DNA of 64,000 nt, from assembly GCF_009914755.1 (NCBI RefSeq), contig NC_060936.1. One strand, 5' to 3'. A program made the position numbers and the translations under genes. The DNA comes from the human T2T-CHM13v2.0 reference genome, Homo sapiens. Below, in pieces: positions 1-19,280 of this stretch. The notes under the pieces are model-generated. The model had not been told where the DNA came from, made no database searches, and saw nothing but the letters and a program-made list of their open reading frames with translations. The stretch's first letter is position 1. Every line of letters begins with the position of its first letter.

Positions 1-765
1 AAATTGGAGTAATTTAATGGAATTCACATATACCATGTCATTCCACTCATAAATACAACTTCGATATACACCTCTAAATGATGACTTTCTTCTAGTTATC
101 TACCATGACATTATCATTCCTAACATAATTGATAATACATCCTTAATATCAGCTAGTATCTTGTCCGTGCACATTTTCCTAATTATCATATGAGAATGAC
201 TTAAAGTTTTTACTGGGAGGCCCCTTGAGAGAACATCTGGTTCGGCCCTCTGCAATATCTGTGTGTTCGTTTTTTAAATAACTTAGAGACAGTGGTGAAG
301 TTGATTTCAGGTGAGGCATTAGACCTTCTCATTCTGTGCAGTAGCCCTATGTTGGCAGCAGGGGCTGAATGGAATGATAAAAACTGGTTAGGAGTCACTT
401 TTTGGAAAACTTATATTCATTTTCATGAATTTCTTCTTGTATATCACAGGGGATCAATTCCTAGAGTAGTGTCCAAGACTGTAGCATTTGCTCAAAAAAT
501 GAATCCGACTCAGGTGGTTGGTTGATTGGAGGAGGGAACATGAGAAACTGTCAGAAATAAAGTAAAAAATTAGATTGGGTGAGGACAGCCTAGAGTTCAC
601 TCAAGTTTTATTGTGACCGAAAGCCCCTAGTCTCAGACTTTTGTTCTTCCCAGCCTGTCTGCTTGAGAAATAACTCCATCCTGTCTCTGCTCCTTACCCA
701 AGCTACATTTGTTTATAGAGGGTACAGGAATGACTTGGCAGTAGCAGAGTGTAGAGAAAATAAGG

Positions 766-1197
<432 letters not shown>

Positions 1198-1476
1198 TCA
1201 GCCAAATCCCTAAAAAGTAGCATTAAATGCTACACACTGACCTTTTTAGTAAGATTTCAGTGGTCTCCACACTGTCAGGGCCCTCCTCTAACCTAAGTGC
1301 CTTCCTGTCTCTTGTACCTGCCAGGAGGGCCACAGGGATCTTTGCTGCCCTAGAATGTTCTTACCCTTTTAACTCCACAGTTTTAGTCTGAGGCTTCCCA
1401 TCTCAACCCAGGGAAAATCCCATTTTGTGAAAAATGCATTGCTTAAGTCACTTGCCTGCTTCCTCCCCACCTGCAG

Positions 1477-1884
1477 GCTTTTCTTCTCTCCTGGGGGACA
1501 TCCCACCCTCGAACAACTACTACATGTATCAGCAGCAGCAGCCACCGCCACCTCAACAGCAGCAGCAGCAGCAGCAGCCGCCACAGCCACCTCCCCAGCA
1601 GTCCCAGCCACAGCAGCAGCAGGCACCTGCCCAGGGCCCCTCAGCTGTAGGGGGTGCTCCTCCACTGCACACCCCAAGCACAGATGGTTGTACCCCACCA
1701 GGGGGAAAGCAAGCTGGGGCGGAAGGCTATGGGCCTCCCCCTGTAATGGCCATGCATCCACCCCCGCTGCAGCATGGAGGCTACCACCCTCATCAGCACC
1801 ATCCCCACTCCCACCCTGCCCAGCAGCCACCACCTCCACAGCCACAGGCACAAGGCCAGGCTCCCATCAACAACACTGGCTTTG
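1477..1884 (+). CDS. FOXJ2: FOXJ2 internal coding exon, Pro/Gln-rich region ([11 protein letters not shown]...INNTGF)
   Basis: Acceptor ctgcag ends 1476, donor gtgagt at 1885; translation (ORF 1434..1892) matches FOXJ2 as recalled; splices in frame to the next exon. Confidence 0.95.
1554..1577 (+). repeat. FOXJ2: Coding CAA(CAG)7 polyglutamine tract (Q8) in FOXJ2
   Basis: Read directly; flanked by further short CAG/CCN runs. Confidence 0.9.
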
Positions 1885-2291
1885 GTGAGTAAGGAGGGTG
1901 CACAGTGATCTAGAGGAGGGTGGGGTGATGTCCTTGTCCTAACACCGGCATGGAGGTGCAGTTAGTTAGGAAGTTAATGATGGGTCTTTTAGGCTTCGCT
2001 CCTTCATGTGAGCTAATCTGAACAAAGTTACTACTTAGAGCTCTGTCTTATAGAATTCCTGGATCAATTGAGATTGTTTTACATATTCTCCTGACTATGA
2101 GCCTGGCTGTACTTAAAGCGTAGCTAGCTTTTCCAGTCCTAAACTCCCAGGGAGGGAGAGTCCAAAACTTGGAAATGCAACTGCTAATCTGTATAGATGC
2201 AAGAATCTTGCATGTAGTCAGCCTGGTATCAGTTGACTGCTGTCTTACACTTCACTCTATCTTATTATCCACTTTCCCCTCCTCTTTACAG

Positions 2292-2393
2292 CCTTTCCTT
2301 CTGACTGGTGCTCTAATATTGACTCTTTAAAGGAAAGCTTCAAGATGGTGAATCGGCTCAATTGGTCCAGCATTGAGCAGTCACAATTCTCAG
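2292..2393 (+). CDS. FOXJ2: FOXJ2 coding exon ([34 protein letters not shown])
   Basis: Pyrimidine tract + ttacag acceptor, gttagt donor at 2394; 102 nt, in frame. Confidence 0.93.
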
Positions 2394-2956
2394 GTTAGTG
2401 ATCAAAGGACGAAGGAAGAGAGGGATACACTGTAAGGGAAAACCCAGTAGAAACTGGAACCGGAAGGGGGTGGTTAAATGAAGTTGCAGAAATGAGGATT
2501 TCATTGTTTTTCTTTCTTTTTACACAAGATGGATCATATTTACATTATTTTCAAATTAACTCAAATTAATCTTGTCTTAACTGAAAATGTGGCAGTGAAT
2601 AATCCTAGTCCATTCTGTCTTTGGGAGGGAGAAGGCCCTCAGGAATTTAGAGACCGTGGACCACGATTTTGTAGTTTTGTCACCACTCACTGACAGTGTG
2701 ACCTTGGCTGAGTCACTCAGTCACATTGAAAGTTTATCTTACTCATCAGTAAGATGGCAATTATAAGAATTTGGTAAGGGATCAAATAGAATGAGAGTTT
2801 GAAAATGCAGAGCTCTGAAAGATATAAATTGTTATTGTTAGTGCCCGTTATCAGTGGGGGTGATTGATGGTGTGTTTGGAACAGTGAGATAGGGCGGGGT
2901 CTGATAGGGGCTTCCTACCTCTGCAAGGTTTGCATTGCTTGCTTCCCTCTTTGTAG

Positions 2957-3166
2957 AACTGATGGAGAGTCTACGACAGGCAGAGCAGAAGAACTGGACC
3001 CTCGACCAGCATCACATTGCCAATCTGTGTGACTCCCTCAACCACTTCCTTACTCAGACTGGTCACGTGCCCCCTCAAGGGGGTACCCACCGCCCACCAG
3101 CCCCTGCCCGTATTGCTGACTCCTGTGCCCTCACCAGTGGCAAACAGGAGTCAGCCATGAGCCAAG
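2957..3166 (+). CDS. FOXJ2: FOXJ2 coding exon ([14 protein letters not shown]...QESAMSQ)
   Basis: ttgtag acceptor, gtactg donor at 3167; 210 nt; within ORF 2935..3210. Confidence 0.93.
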
Positions 3167-3569
3167 GTACTGCACCAAGCCAGTTGCCATGGAGGTGGAG
3201 ACTATGTTGAAAAGGAAGCATAGGAGAAAGGCAAAAGAGAACTGAGAGAAAGGATTTTATGGGGCAGTGACCCAAATTGAGCAGTGGAACTAGTTTATCA
3301 GTTGACTGAATATCTGTTGAATCAGTGAAGTCCTAAACTGAAAAATGCAAAAGAAATAGACTGTATGATTCCTTTTTAGACCTCAGTTTGGGAGATCAGA
3401 ATTGTTTAAGAAAAGGGAGGAGATTTGTTAGAGAAAGGCTGTATTTTAAATTTGCGTCTCAGTAATCCCTACCGCCTGGGTGATACCGGATGAAATGGTG
3501 GTTCTATGCTTATGTGATGTTCAAACTAGTGAAATGAGAGAGATGTCATGATTATGTTCCTGTTTCTTG

Positions 3570-3870
3570 CTTTTTGTTTTTGAGATGGGGTCTCGCTCTG
3601 TCGCCCAGGCTCTGGAGTGCAGTGGTGTGATCACGGCTCACTGCAACCTTGACCCCTGGAGCTCAGGTGATCCTCCCACTTTAGCCTCCTGAGTAGCTGG
3701 GACTACAGGTGTGTACCACCATGCCCAGCTAATTTTTTTTTTGTATTTTGTGTATAGCTGGGGTTTCACCGTGTCGCCCAGGCTATCTTCAAACTCTTGG
3801 ACTCAAGGGATCTACCCACCTCGGCTGCCCAAAGTGTTGGGATTACAGGCATGAGCCACCATACCTGGCC
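3570..3870 (-). mobile_element. Alu (AluJ-type)
   Basis: Reverse-complement Alu, diverged. Confidence 0.85.
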
Positions 3871-4116
3871 CTGTGTTTCTATATTTTTCTTCCTTATATC
3901 TTTCCTATTTCACAATTGTACTATCCATTTCTTTTTACCCTCAGTGGTGAGGACTGACAGCTTCTGCAGAAAGCCTTCATGCCTGCAGGAGCTACAGAAC
4001 AGGGCAGGGAAGAGAGAAGGAGGATGGGAGCAAGGGTATATTTTTTTCTTCCCTGCTTTGTTGAGTACAGTGACCCGCCCCCCCCAACTCAAGTAACTCT
4101 TGTCTTGCTTTGGCAG

Positions 4117-4215
4117 TGAACTCTTATGGGCACCCACAAGCTCCCCACCTCTACCCTGGCCCATCACCAATGTACCCAATCCCCACCCAGGACTCAGCAG
4201 GATACAATCGCCCAG
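4117..4215 (+). CDS. FOXJ2: FOXJ2 penultimate coding exon ([33 protein letters not shown])
   Basis: tggcag acceptor, gtaaga donor at 4216; 99 nt, in frame. Confidence 0.93.
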
Positions 4216-4408
4216 GTAAGAGCTAAGAAGCTTGTTTCAAAACCGTTGTACTCTGATGAGTTGCTTTGCTTGCCTTTGACTCTGAGCTGGCATTCTGTGC
4301 ATTTTTGCCTGCATCTCGCTGGAGGGAATGAGCCTTTATAATTCCCAAGGCTGGAGGATGGGTTACCTGCTAAGAAGGTGTGTGTCGGGGAGACTAACCA
4401 AGACAGTG

Positions 4409-4753
4409 TCCCCTCCCCTCCCTTCCCCTCCCTTCCCTTCCCTTCCCCTTCCCTTCCCTTCCCCTTCCCTTCCCCTTCCCTTCCCCTTCCCTTCCCCTTC
4501 CCTTCCCTTTCCTTCCCCTTCCCTTCCCCTTCCCCTTCCCTTCCCCTTCCTTTCCTCTTCCCTTCCCCTCCCTTCCCTTCCCCTTCCCTTCCCTTTCCTT
4601 CCCCTTCCCTTTCCCTTCCCTTCCCTTTCCTTCCCCTTCCCCTTCCCTTGCCCTTCCTTTCCCCTTCCCTTCCATTCCCTTTCCCTTCCCTTCCCCTTCC
4701 CCTTCCCTTCCCTTCCCTTTCCCTTCCCCTCCCTTCCCCTTTTCTTTTCTTTT
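4409..4753. repeat. Imperfect (CCCTT/CCCCTT)n pyrimidine tract grading into (CTTTT)n at an Alu tail
   Basis: ~340 nt almost purely C/T, directly abutting the 3' end of a minus-strand Alu. Confidence 0.95.
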
Positions 4754-5034
4754 CAACAGAGTCTCGCTCTGTTGCCCAGGCTGGAGTACAGTGGTGCGAT
4801 CTCAGCTCACTACAACCTCCACCTCCTGGGTTGAAATGATTCTCCTGCTTGAGCCTCTCAACTAGCTGGGACTACAGACCCACACCACCATGCCTGGCTA
4901 ATTTTTGTATTTTTAGTAGAGACGGGGTTTTGCCATGTTGGCTAGGCTTGTCTTGAACTCCTGACCACAAGTGATCCACCTGCCTCTGCCTCCCAAAGTG
5001 CTGGGATTACAGGCGTGATCCACTGGCCCCGGCT
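4754..5034 (-). mobile_element. Alu (AluS-type) whose tail is the AAGGG tract
   Basis: Reverse-complement Alu body agagtctcgctctgttgccc...ggccccggc. Confidence 0.9.
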
Positions 5035-5469
5035 AGATGTACTTTAAAATTAGCAACTGCAATAGTAAAAGGAAGTGAAAGCATACATATAAGCAAAAGA
5101 TAGCTATGTGCAACATTTTTGTGTGGCTTTGGAATCTAGATGGAAGATGTGCTCAGGCAAATAAAATGAATTTGTTATCCACACATACTTGCTGTGTGCC
5201 CATGTCTGCTTTCCTGTCACCTGATCTCTAGAATCAGGGGTCTGGGACTGAAGTATCTCTGATAGTGGGGGTGGGGCAGGGAGACACTAAATTGCCACAG
5301 ACAGAACAAAATGAACAGGTCCTTCACATTTAGACACATAGAAAAATCACTGTTATTCTGCCTAACCACACGTGTTTTCAATTTTGGGGGTGACATCTGA
5401 CTCTCTCTATTCTTTGTCCATATAATATAAATACAGATTTCTATACTGCTATTTCATGTGATATTATCT

Positions 5470-6122
<653 letters not shown>

Positions 6123-6366
6123 TCAGAAGTATAATTGTTAATGGCAGCATAATATTTAATTGCTGTGGAATGTAATTTACTCTAGTTTATTTCCTGAGAC
6201 CTCACTGAAATGGTGACCTGCAACCAAAATTAACTCCAGCTGATAAGGGCGATAGCCTCACAAGGCCTTCTTCGTGGTGTTATCTGGGGCTGAGCACTGT
6301 CCTTGTAAATTGAGGGAACAGCTTCCCATCCACTCTCCTTTTACTCTCTTTCTTTCTTTCTAACAG

Positions 6367-6455
6367 CACACCATATGGTCCCTCGGCCATCAGTGCCACC
6401 TCCTGGTGCCAATGAGGAGATCCCTGATGACTTCGACTGGGACTTGATCACTTAG
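6367..6455 (+). CDS. FOXJ2: FOXJ2 terminal coding segment ([29 protein letters not shown])
   Basis: taacag acceptor; TAG at 6453-6455; acidic DDFDWD C-terminus typical of FOXJ2/J3. Confidence 0.95.
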
Positions 6456-9120
6456 TGCATCACAGAGTGTGGACATCAGCCCAGGGCCGCGTGGTGAAAT
6501 CTGGCAGTGGGGAAAGAGCAACCCCAGCCCGTCCCTTCCCCCCGTCTGTATATAGACATATATCCTCTTTTTGTTCTTTCTCTGTCAGAGAAGCCACTGC
6601 AAGATGCTGCCGAAGATAACCCTCTCTTTCCTGCCTCATTCTTCTCTCTTCCTTCCTGTTTTTTCCTAGTTCTTTTATTATTATTCTTATATTATTATTA
6701 TTATTATTGGTTATATACTGTCCATAGTCTCCTGTCCCTACATCATGGATCATGTCCACCTTTTGCTAATTTAAAATCATCAGGCTGGAAGATGAAGCCA
6801 TGATAGCTACAGAGAAAGGTTTTAGACTCCAGTTTACCTTTCTCTTGGAGAAACTCAATGCTAATCCCACCTTTTGGCCCTAAATTGTTTTTTGTTCCCA
6901 TCAGTTTCAGGCCAGGACTGGAGAGGCCACATTACCAAGTAGAAAGGGTCTGAAACATTACTTGGCAGCCAAGAATTTGGAGGTTTTAAAATGGTGCTAA
7001 TTCTGTCCTCTGAGGTCTTCCTTGTCCCTTTATACCTTCAATCCTTACTTCTGCCAGTCTGTATTTCCTATCAAGGGTGAAAGTGATGATGGTGGTGCAG
7101 GAGGGTGACAATAAAATCCTAGTGGAATTGGAGACCATTGGAAGGGATGGAATATAAGTCAGTGTGAAACTGAGTGTACACTGCCATGTTACATCAGTGT
7201 CCATTGGCTTGTTTTGAGCCTGTTCTCTAAGAAGATAGGATTGGTTTTAGCCCAAACTCTGCTTCTATGGTAGGGCATGAGGACAACTATTCAGCATGGT
7301 TTTAGCTTCTTGGAGATGATTCCAACTTAACTATTTTGGCTTTTTAAACATAATTTTCTCTGAAAATTAATTGTGGCTCTTATTTGCATTTACGAATGAT
7401 CTTCCCATCCCTTTTTCCCATTCAGCAAATATTAGTTTGTCCTCCTTTAATTGTTTGCCCAAATCTTCCACCCATCTTTTTTCTTCCCTCATTTTCTGGG
7501 ATTCTCAAGAAAGAAAAAGTAACCCATTATCACTCTGAGTTTCGTCGTGCCCTGAGACATGATGGGAATCTCATTCCCACCTCTCATAGCAGAGCCAAAC
7601 CTTTAGTGTTGGTGGTAGGAGGATGGGGAGAGGAAAAAAGAGCTGGCAAAGAAATGGATAGGGAATATTTTAGTTCTTTAAATATATAGGCAGATGCTTC
7701 TCTTGGAATCCAGATCATCTGGCTGAAGCTTTTGCAAGTAGGCTTTGAGGGGTGAAGGAGATTGGTGGAGGAGAGTAAATAATCTAGAGGCAAGAGTTCA
7801 GTGAGGGCCAAGGGGGACCCCCAGAAAAAGGTATGGAGCTAACTCATCTCTTTTACAAGGGGTGGCCATGACTTACTGTTGCAAAGTACTCAGTGTATAT
7901 TTAATGTTGATTGTTGAATTTTAGTTACGAGAGGGAAGAACAATTTTACTTCTGTCCTTATTTCACTTGCTGAAAAGCTGTGGGACAAAATGTATGGAAT
8001 AGACAAGGCCACTTTCTTTGTGATTTCTGCTTTTCATGCATATTATTTTATTTACCCATAATTTCCAAGAGGTTTGGCGTTCCGCTCTCCTGCTTTTTTC
8101 TTTCATCCACCCCTTTCCTTTTTTTGGAAGGGGGTTATATATGAGAGTTCATTGAAGAAGTCCAGTGAGGCTGAAGTAAAGGGGCAAGATAGGGCAGTTA
8201 ACTAAAGAGCACTTTATTTCTTTGAAGCCTTTCTAAGAAAGAAATGGGGGTGCGAGTGGCTTGAATCTCCCATGATGTTGGAGGGCACTTAGTGGGGTTG
8301 AAGTATGACATAATATTTCCCATTGGGGAAAGGAGAATTTCTCTTAGAGGGTGGCAAAATGCCTTTGCCCAGTGTCCCTATTTTAGGCATCTTTTCCTTC
8401 CTTATTCCTTCCAGTCAGGGTGTGTCCTATACAAAACTTCCCATCAGTTCTCCTCAATATTCCCCATTTGTAAATGATCACTTCTCTTTTCTAAACCCTT
8501 TTCCTGTTCAGATCCATACAGGATTTGCAAGGGTAGGATCATACATGCAAATGCCCCTTGTTCATCTGTGTCTTCTGCAAACTAGTCTCATGAAGAATTC
8601 TGGCGTGCAGCCAGGGTAGCTGAAGTTTGGGTCTGGGACTGGAGATTGGCCATTAGGCCTCCTGAGATTCCAGCTCCCTTCCACCAAGCCCAGTCTTGCT
8701 ACGTGGCACAGGGCAAACCTGACTCCCTTTGGGCCTCAGTTTCCCCTCCCCTTCATGAAATGAAAAGAATACTACTTTTTCTTGTTGGTCTAGCATTGCT
8801 GGACACAAAGTGTAGTCATTATTGTTGTATTGGGTGATGTGTGCAAAACTGCAGAAGCTCACTGCCTATAAGAGGAAATAAGAGAGAAAGTGGAGGAGAG
8901 GGACAAAAGGAGTAATTATTTGGTATAGATCCACCCATCCCAACCTTTCTCTCCTCAGTCCCTGCTCCTCATGTTTCTGGTTTGGTGAGTCCTTTGTGCC
9001 ACCACCCATAATGCTTTGCATTGCTGCATCCTGGGAAGGGGGTATATGGTCTCACAAGTTGTTGTCATTGTTTTTTTGCATGCTTTCTTAATAAAAAAAA
9101 AAAAAGAATGTTTACAGTTT
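6456..9120 (+). other. FOXJ2: FOXJ2 3'UTR (~2.7 kb; end approximate)
   Basis: Alu-free stretch after the stop, with a (TTA)n tract at ~6676-6708, ending at AATAAA 9090-9095. Confidence 0.75.
9090..9095 (+). terminator. FOXJ2: FOXJ2 polyadenylation signal AATAAA, fused to an A-tract
   Basis: ...ttctt-AATAAA-aaaaaaaaaag followed by U/GU-rich sequence. Confidence 0.75.
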
Positions 9121-9437
9121 TATCTTACTGGTAGTGGTCTCAAGTTTCTTTTGGCCAGGGAAGGAAAAGAGAAACGTGAAAGAATTTAGTCTCAGTTCGT
9201 CTTTATTCCTCTTCCACCTTCCACCACTGGGTTGAATTAGTTGACCCTGACATGTTTTGTGACCTTGGTGGGAAAGAAGAATCAAAGGCACGTCCTTAAC
9301 GTGCCTCTTTTCAAATGCTATCAAGTATGATGACATATTGCGGGAGAGTCAGTCACCCCTTGTAGGTTGGTATATGGAGTAGGCCCACCTTGCTTGCATT
9401 TTAGGATAGTTTAAAGATTTAAGATATTATACTTTGG

Positions 9438-10150
<713 letters not shown>

Positions 10151-10493
10151 CTAATTGTAGGAATTTCTTCAGAATACATTTCCAAAGCAAATGGAAAAGA
10201 AAAGGAGTCCAGAAATGCTGATTACTCGTTGTACATTAAATCTTTATAACTGCGTCAAGATTATTCACCTTGATATCCTATACACTAACCCCAGGAGTTT
10301 AGGTCTTATTCCCAGGGTCTTATGGGATGTGCTGGGGTTTCTGGAAGCCTGGCTAATTGCTATTATAGCAAGTCTATAGTCACTCACTAGGAGACTTATT
10401 TGCTGCATATTTAGAGATGTGATATATTCTGAATGTGAAACAAAAGGATTCATAAATCTCTGAGCCTCGCAAGGACCCATGAGAAAAAAAGCA

Positions 10494-10499
10494 TTTATT
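10494..10499 (-). terminator. C3AR1: Candidate distal C3AR1 poly(A) signal (AATAAA on minus strand)
   Basis: tttatt on + strand, downstream of C3AR1. Confidence 0.45.
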
Positions 10500-11944
10500 C
10501 ATATCAAATATATAAGCAAATTAATATATAAGCTGGAAAGGTAGCACTTCAAATCTTATGTCAGACATTCTTCACAACTGAAAGAATTCCTAGTGATTTG
10601 TAATTTTTCTGCATATACTTTATAAAAAATCTGTAGTCCAGACCCTCACCTCAGCCATTGAACAGATAGTGTCTTGCAGGTCTAAAACACATGTCATTTT
10701 CTGTTTTTAGACTACATCATTGTATTTGGTTTAGATGAGGCCACGTTGTGATACAAACAAGCCAGAAATTTCAGACGTTTGACACAAACATTTATATATA
10801 CAGAAAAATGAGAAGGTGGTAGGGAGTTAGGTAATTTTGTTTTAAATGAAAAAGGGACAGAAGGAAAGCTATATAAATGGTTGGAGTGTATAGACAAAGT
10901 AGAAGAAAAATATGTGGTCATGAATGAATTAAAATATGGTTATTAATGAATGTTGGGATGCTGGATAAACAAATTAAAAATATGGGGTGCTTGGATAAAC
11001 ATCTTCATCTTTCAAAACAAGAAGTCGTTTTATCATGCCTCCAGAAAAGAGCAGCATAAGCACATGATTTAGAAACATCATGATAATTATCAAAGGAAAC
11101 ATCTAAAATTGTGCAAGGATTATCTCTGGGAAATGAGAGTGGGAGGAGGGAACTTTTGGGCACAGTGAGGTAGGAGACCTCATATTTCATTATATACCTT
11201 ATTAAATTATTTTAAAACTATGTGCATGTATTACTTTGGCAAAGAAAAGGATTTAAAAAACCCAGAAGATATATTTGGTAATTTTGGCATGTAAGTTGCC
11301 TGTCGTCATGTTTTAAAATGTGATGGCAAGCCTGGTAGGGTACTCAGTTGCAGAGAGTAGAAGAATTGCTGCTCCATCCTCCACCCTCTTTCTCCTTCCA
11401 CTTGAAATACTTTCTTAGAAAGTATTCATTTGGAGCAAGAGGAAGGGAGTAACTAGAATCTTACGAAATTAGAGGTTGTTTGAGGCACAAAGTCTGATGT
11501 GGAAGATTTGGAGGCTGGGGAGTAATAAGGAAATTAAGGAGCTTAGGAAGAGGAGTGGAAAATAGGTGCCCAACCGGTAGGCAGTTAGAAGAAACAGAAC
11601 TCCCCAAACCACAGCTTTCATAACATTTCATGAGTCAGTTTTCACGCAATAGATGCTTATTTAGTTGTAATAGTGGAAACTCTATGTAATAGTGGAAATT
11701 TCTATGTCCTGTACCCAGGGGTGTTCCCAGGGACAGGCATCATTGCATAACCCTATGCTCCAGACTCAGTCTCATGGCTTCTTGTCTTCACAGGCATTTT
11801 CTTTTTGCACTTTCTTTTCGTTTAAAACCATCAACACCACACGACAACAAAGCATTAGGATATATGATCATCTTTCACTCACGTAGGAGAACAAGAAATG
11901 GTTTTAAATGGAATCTGGAAGACTTAGACAATGCTAAGGAAAAA

Positions 11945-11950
11945 TTTAAT
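11945..11950 (-). terminator. C3AR1: Candidate proximal C3AR1 poly(A) signal (ATTAAA on minus strand)
   Basis: tttaat on + strand, ~390 nt past the stop codon. Confidence 0.5.
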
Positions 11951-12084
11951 GATGGAAATATCGACAAATATTCAACATCATTTAAAAACAAAGTAGCTTC
12001 TCTTATTTCACATAGCTTAGTTTGGGATAGAAATAGAACTAATGTTTACAATGATTCTTACATTTAGCATTAATCAGAAACGAG

Positions 12085-12228
12085 GGTTTGTTAAGTGCCC
12101 TTGCTGGGTCCCAACCCCCAGAGATTCCGATTCAGCAAGTCTGGGATGCGGCTTGAGAATTTGCATTTCTAACAAGTTTCTAGGTGATGCTGATGTCAAT
12201 AGTCTGTGTACCGTTTGAGAACCGCTGG
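12085..12228. mobile_element. MER5A-like hAT-Charlie MITE in the C3AR1 3'UTR
   Basis: gattcagcaagtctggg...gaatttgcatttctaacaag...ggtgatgctgatg...ttgagaaccgctg resembles MER5A consensus. Confidence 0.8.
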
Positions 12229-12341
12229 ATTGATTCTTTGACAGTTTTTGAAGTCCGCTGCTCACCATATCACTTCATCCTCTTATAAACTTTCACTATG
12301 TGATTGCCTAAGAGCCCCTGCTTGTTGGCTGCTCCACATTT

Positions 12342-13790
12342 TCACACAGTTGTACTATTTCTTTCTGAAATGACATTGTTTGAGGGACAGTGGGTGGAAC
12401 GTGTGAGCTCCTCACTGAAGGCTGCCTCCAGAATTCCCTGAATGGACTGCCTTGCTTTCTTCCTAAAATCTTTCCCCAAGAGGGCATAAAGGAAGGGATT
12501 AAAGCAACTATTGGCAGATGCTAGAGCAATGCATACATGATCCCAGGACATCAGAGTTTTCCCCAAGGGAGTTTCTGGGTCAGTAAGCAATGACAGGACT
12601 CCAAAAATGTGGTATGGAGTCCAGCAGACAAGAAAGACAGCCACCACCACCACGGCCACTCGAAAGGTTTTGCTCTGAGACTTGGCGAAGCGGCCCCTTT
12701 GCATTCGGAAGACAATGAAGCTGTAACAGGCTATCATGATAACAGAGGGCAGCAGGAAACCCACCACTAGCCTAGTGATCGTTATTGCCACGAGGGGTGT
12801 TGGCACTTGATCGTCATCTGTGAATTGGCCTAAATTGTAATAATCCTGGAAACCTTGTGGTAGCTCAGACTCGTAGAAGGAATTGCTAGAAGCGCTAGGG
12901 AACAGCTTTAAATGAGTAGAGAGAAAAGCATCAGAGTTATCCAGTGGGCTGGTTTCGTGATCTTCAATAGGAAACCCACTGGGGATTTTAGGTGAGACCA
13001 CATCAGCAGGTTTAAATACATTAGAATACAGATTTTGACTTGTTAACCTAGCAGAACCCCTAGGGAGTGAATCTGCAGAAGGTCTTTGAAATGTTTGAGG
13101 TTGGAAGACAGTGGGGACTGTCCAAGGATGATCATTTGTTTGGAAAGAGGAAGGATCTAACCTATCATTCATTTCTCCAGGCGGCTGAACAATGTTTTCA
13201 AGAGACCTGTTTTCTAGTGGATCTCCATAAAAGTCTGGATAATCTAATGAGCTGGAGAGACCAAATTTGTAGCCACATCTATTATGGTTGTCTGTAGTGA
13301 AGATTTCCCGGTACACGAACACAGGAATGCACATCACAAAAGCCACCACCCAGATACATCCACAGATAGAGCAGGCCATCCCTACATTGCGATGATTCTG
13401 ACACCAGATTGGCTTGAATACCACAAGACAGCGATCCAGGCTAATGGCAGTAAGCAGGAAGACACTGGCAAACATGTTGAGGACAATGATGGAGGGGATG
13501 AGCTTGCATAGGAACCTGCCGTAGGGCCACTGTCCCTGGAGAGCCAAGTGAGCCAGCGAGAAGGGCAAGGAGAGGCAGCAGAGGAGGTCCGCCAAGGTGA
13601 GGTGGAGGAACCAAATTGTGTTCACTGTCCGCTGCATCTTCAGGCCAGCCACCCACAGCACCAGCCCATTGCCTGGCAATCCCAGTAAAAAAGTAAGGCT
13701 GAGAATGACCATGGAGAGAATTACTGGGGGCTCATTCCATGGCTGTGAGAGTAGGTCAGTTGAATTGGTCTCAGCAGAGAAAGACGCCAT
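12342..13790 (-). CDS. C3AR1: Complement C3a anaphylatoxin receptor, 482-aa class A GPCR, single coding exon
   Basis: [15 protein letters not shown]...; 7 hydrophobic helices, GN, LADL, DRC, CWTPYH and NPFLY motifs, very large second extracellular loop. Acceptor (tttttgcag on minus) lies 10 nt upstream of the ATG; exon begins at 13800. Confidence 0.99.
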   Translation of the reverse strand: MASFSAETNSTDLLSQPWNEPPVILSMVILSLTFLLGLPGNGLVLWVAGLKMQRTVNTIWFLHLTLADLLCCLSLPFSLAHLALQGQWPYGRFLCKLIPSIIVLNMFASVFLLTAISLDRCLVVFKPIWCQNHRNVGMACSICGCIWVVAFVMCIPVFVYREIFTTDNHNRCGYKFGLSSSLDYPDFYGDPLENRSLENIVQPPGEMNDRLDPSSFQTNDHPWTVPTVFQPQTFQRPSADSLPRGSARLTSQNLYSNVFKPADVVSPKIPSGFPIEDHETSPLDNSDAFLSTHLKLFPSASSNSFYESELPQGFQDYYNLGQFTDDDQVPTPLVAITITRLVVGFLLPSVIMIACYSFIVFRMQRGRFAKSQSKTFRVAVVVVAVFLVCWTPYHIFGVLSLLTDPETPLGKTLMSWDHVCIALASANSCFNPFLYALLGKDFRKKARQSIQGILEAAFSEELTRSTHCPSNNVISERNSTTV

Positions 13791-13989
13791 TGCTAAACTT
13801 CTGCAAAAAGATGAAAAAAATGTTAAAACAAACAGTATCTTTTTGAAAATGCATACATATTCTTAGGATTCTAATCTTCCCACATAAAGATGTGGGATCA
13901 TGAAACCAGAAGGTCCTCACGCTGTTTTAGTTTGCCTTCCTTCACCTCACACGGGACCACATAAAAGCATTCTCTGATAGACAATTATA

Positions 13990-19280
<5,291 letters not shown>

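Noticed and set aside
1369-1888. Overlapping poly-Ala (+, 153 aa) and antisense (160 aa) ORFs
   Set aside because: By-products of the stop-poor CAG/CCN-rich FOXJ2 exon; the + ORF starts at an intronic GTG; no independent support.
4328-4839. Pro/Phe/Ser-rich and Gly/Lys/Glu-rich ORFs of 120-168 aa
   Set aside because: Translations of the CCCTT simple repeat and adjacent Alu.
13067-13866. Several ORFs antisense to or out of frame with C3AR1
   Set aside because: Shadow ORFs of a real CDS with no recognisable product.
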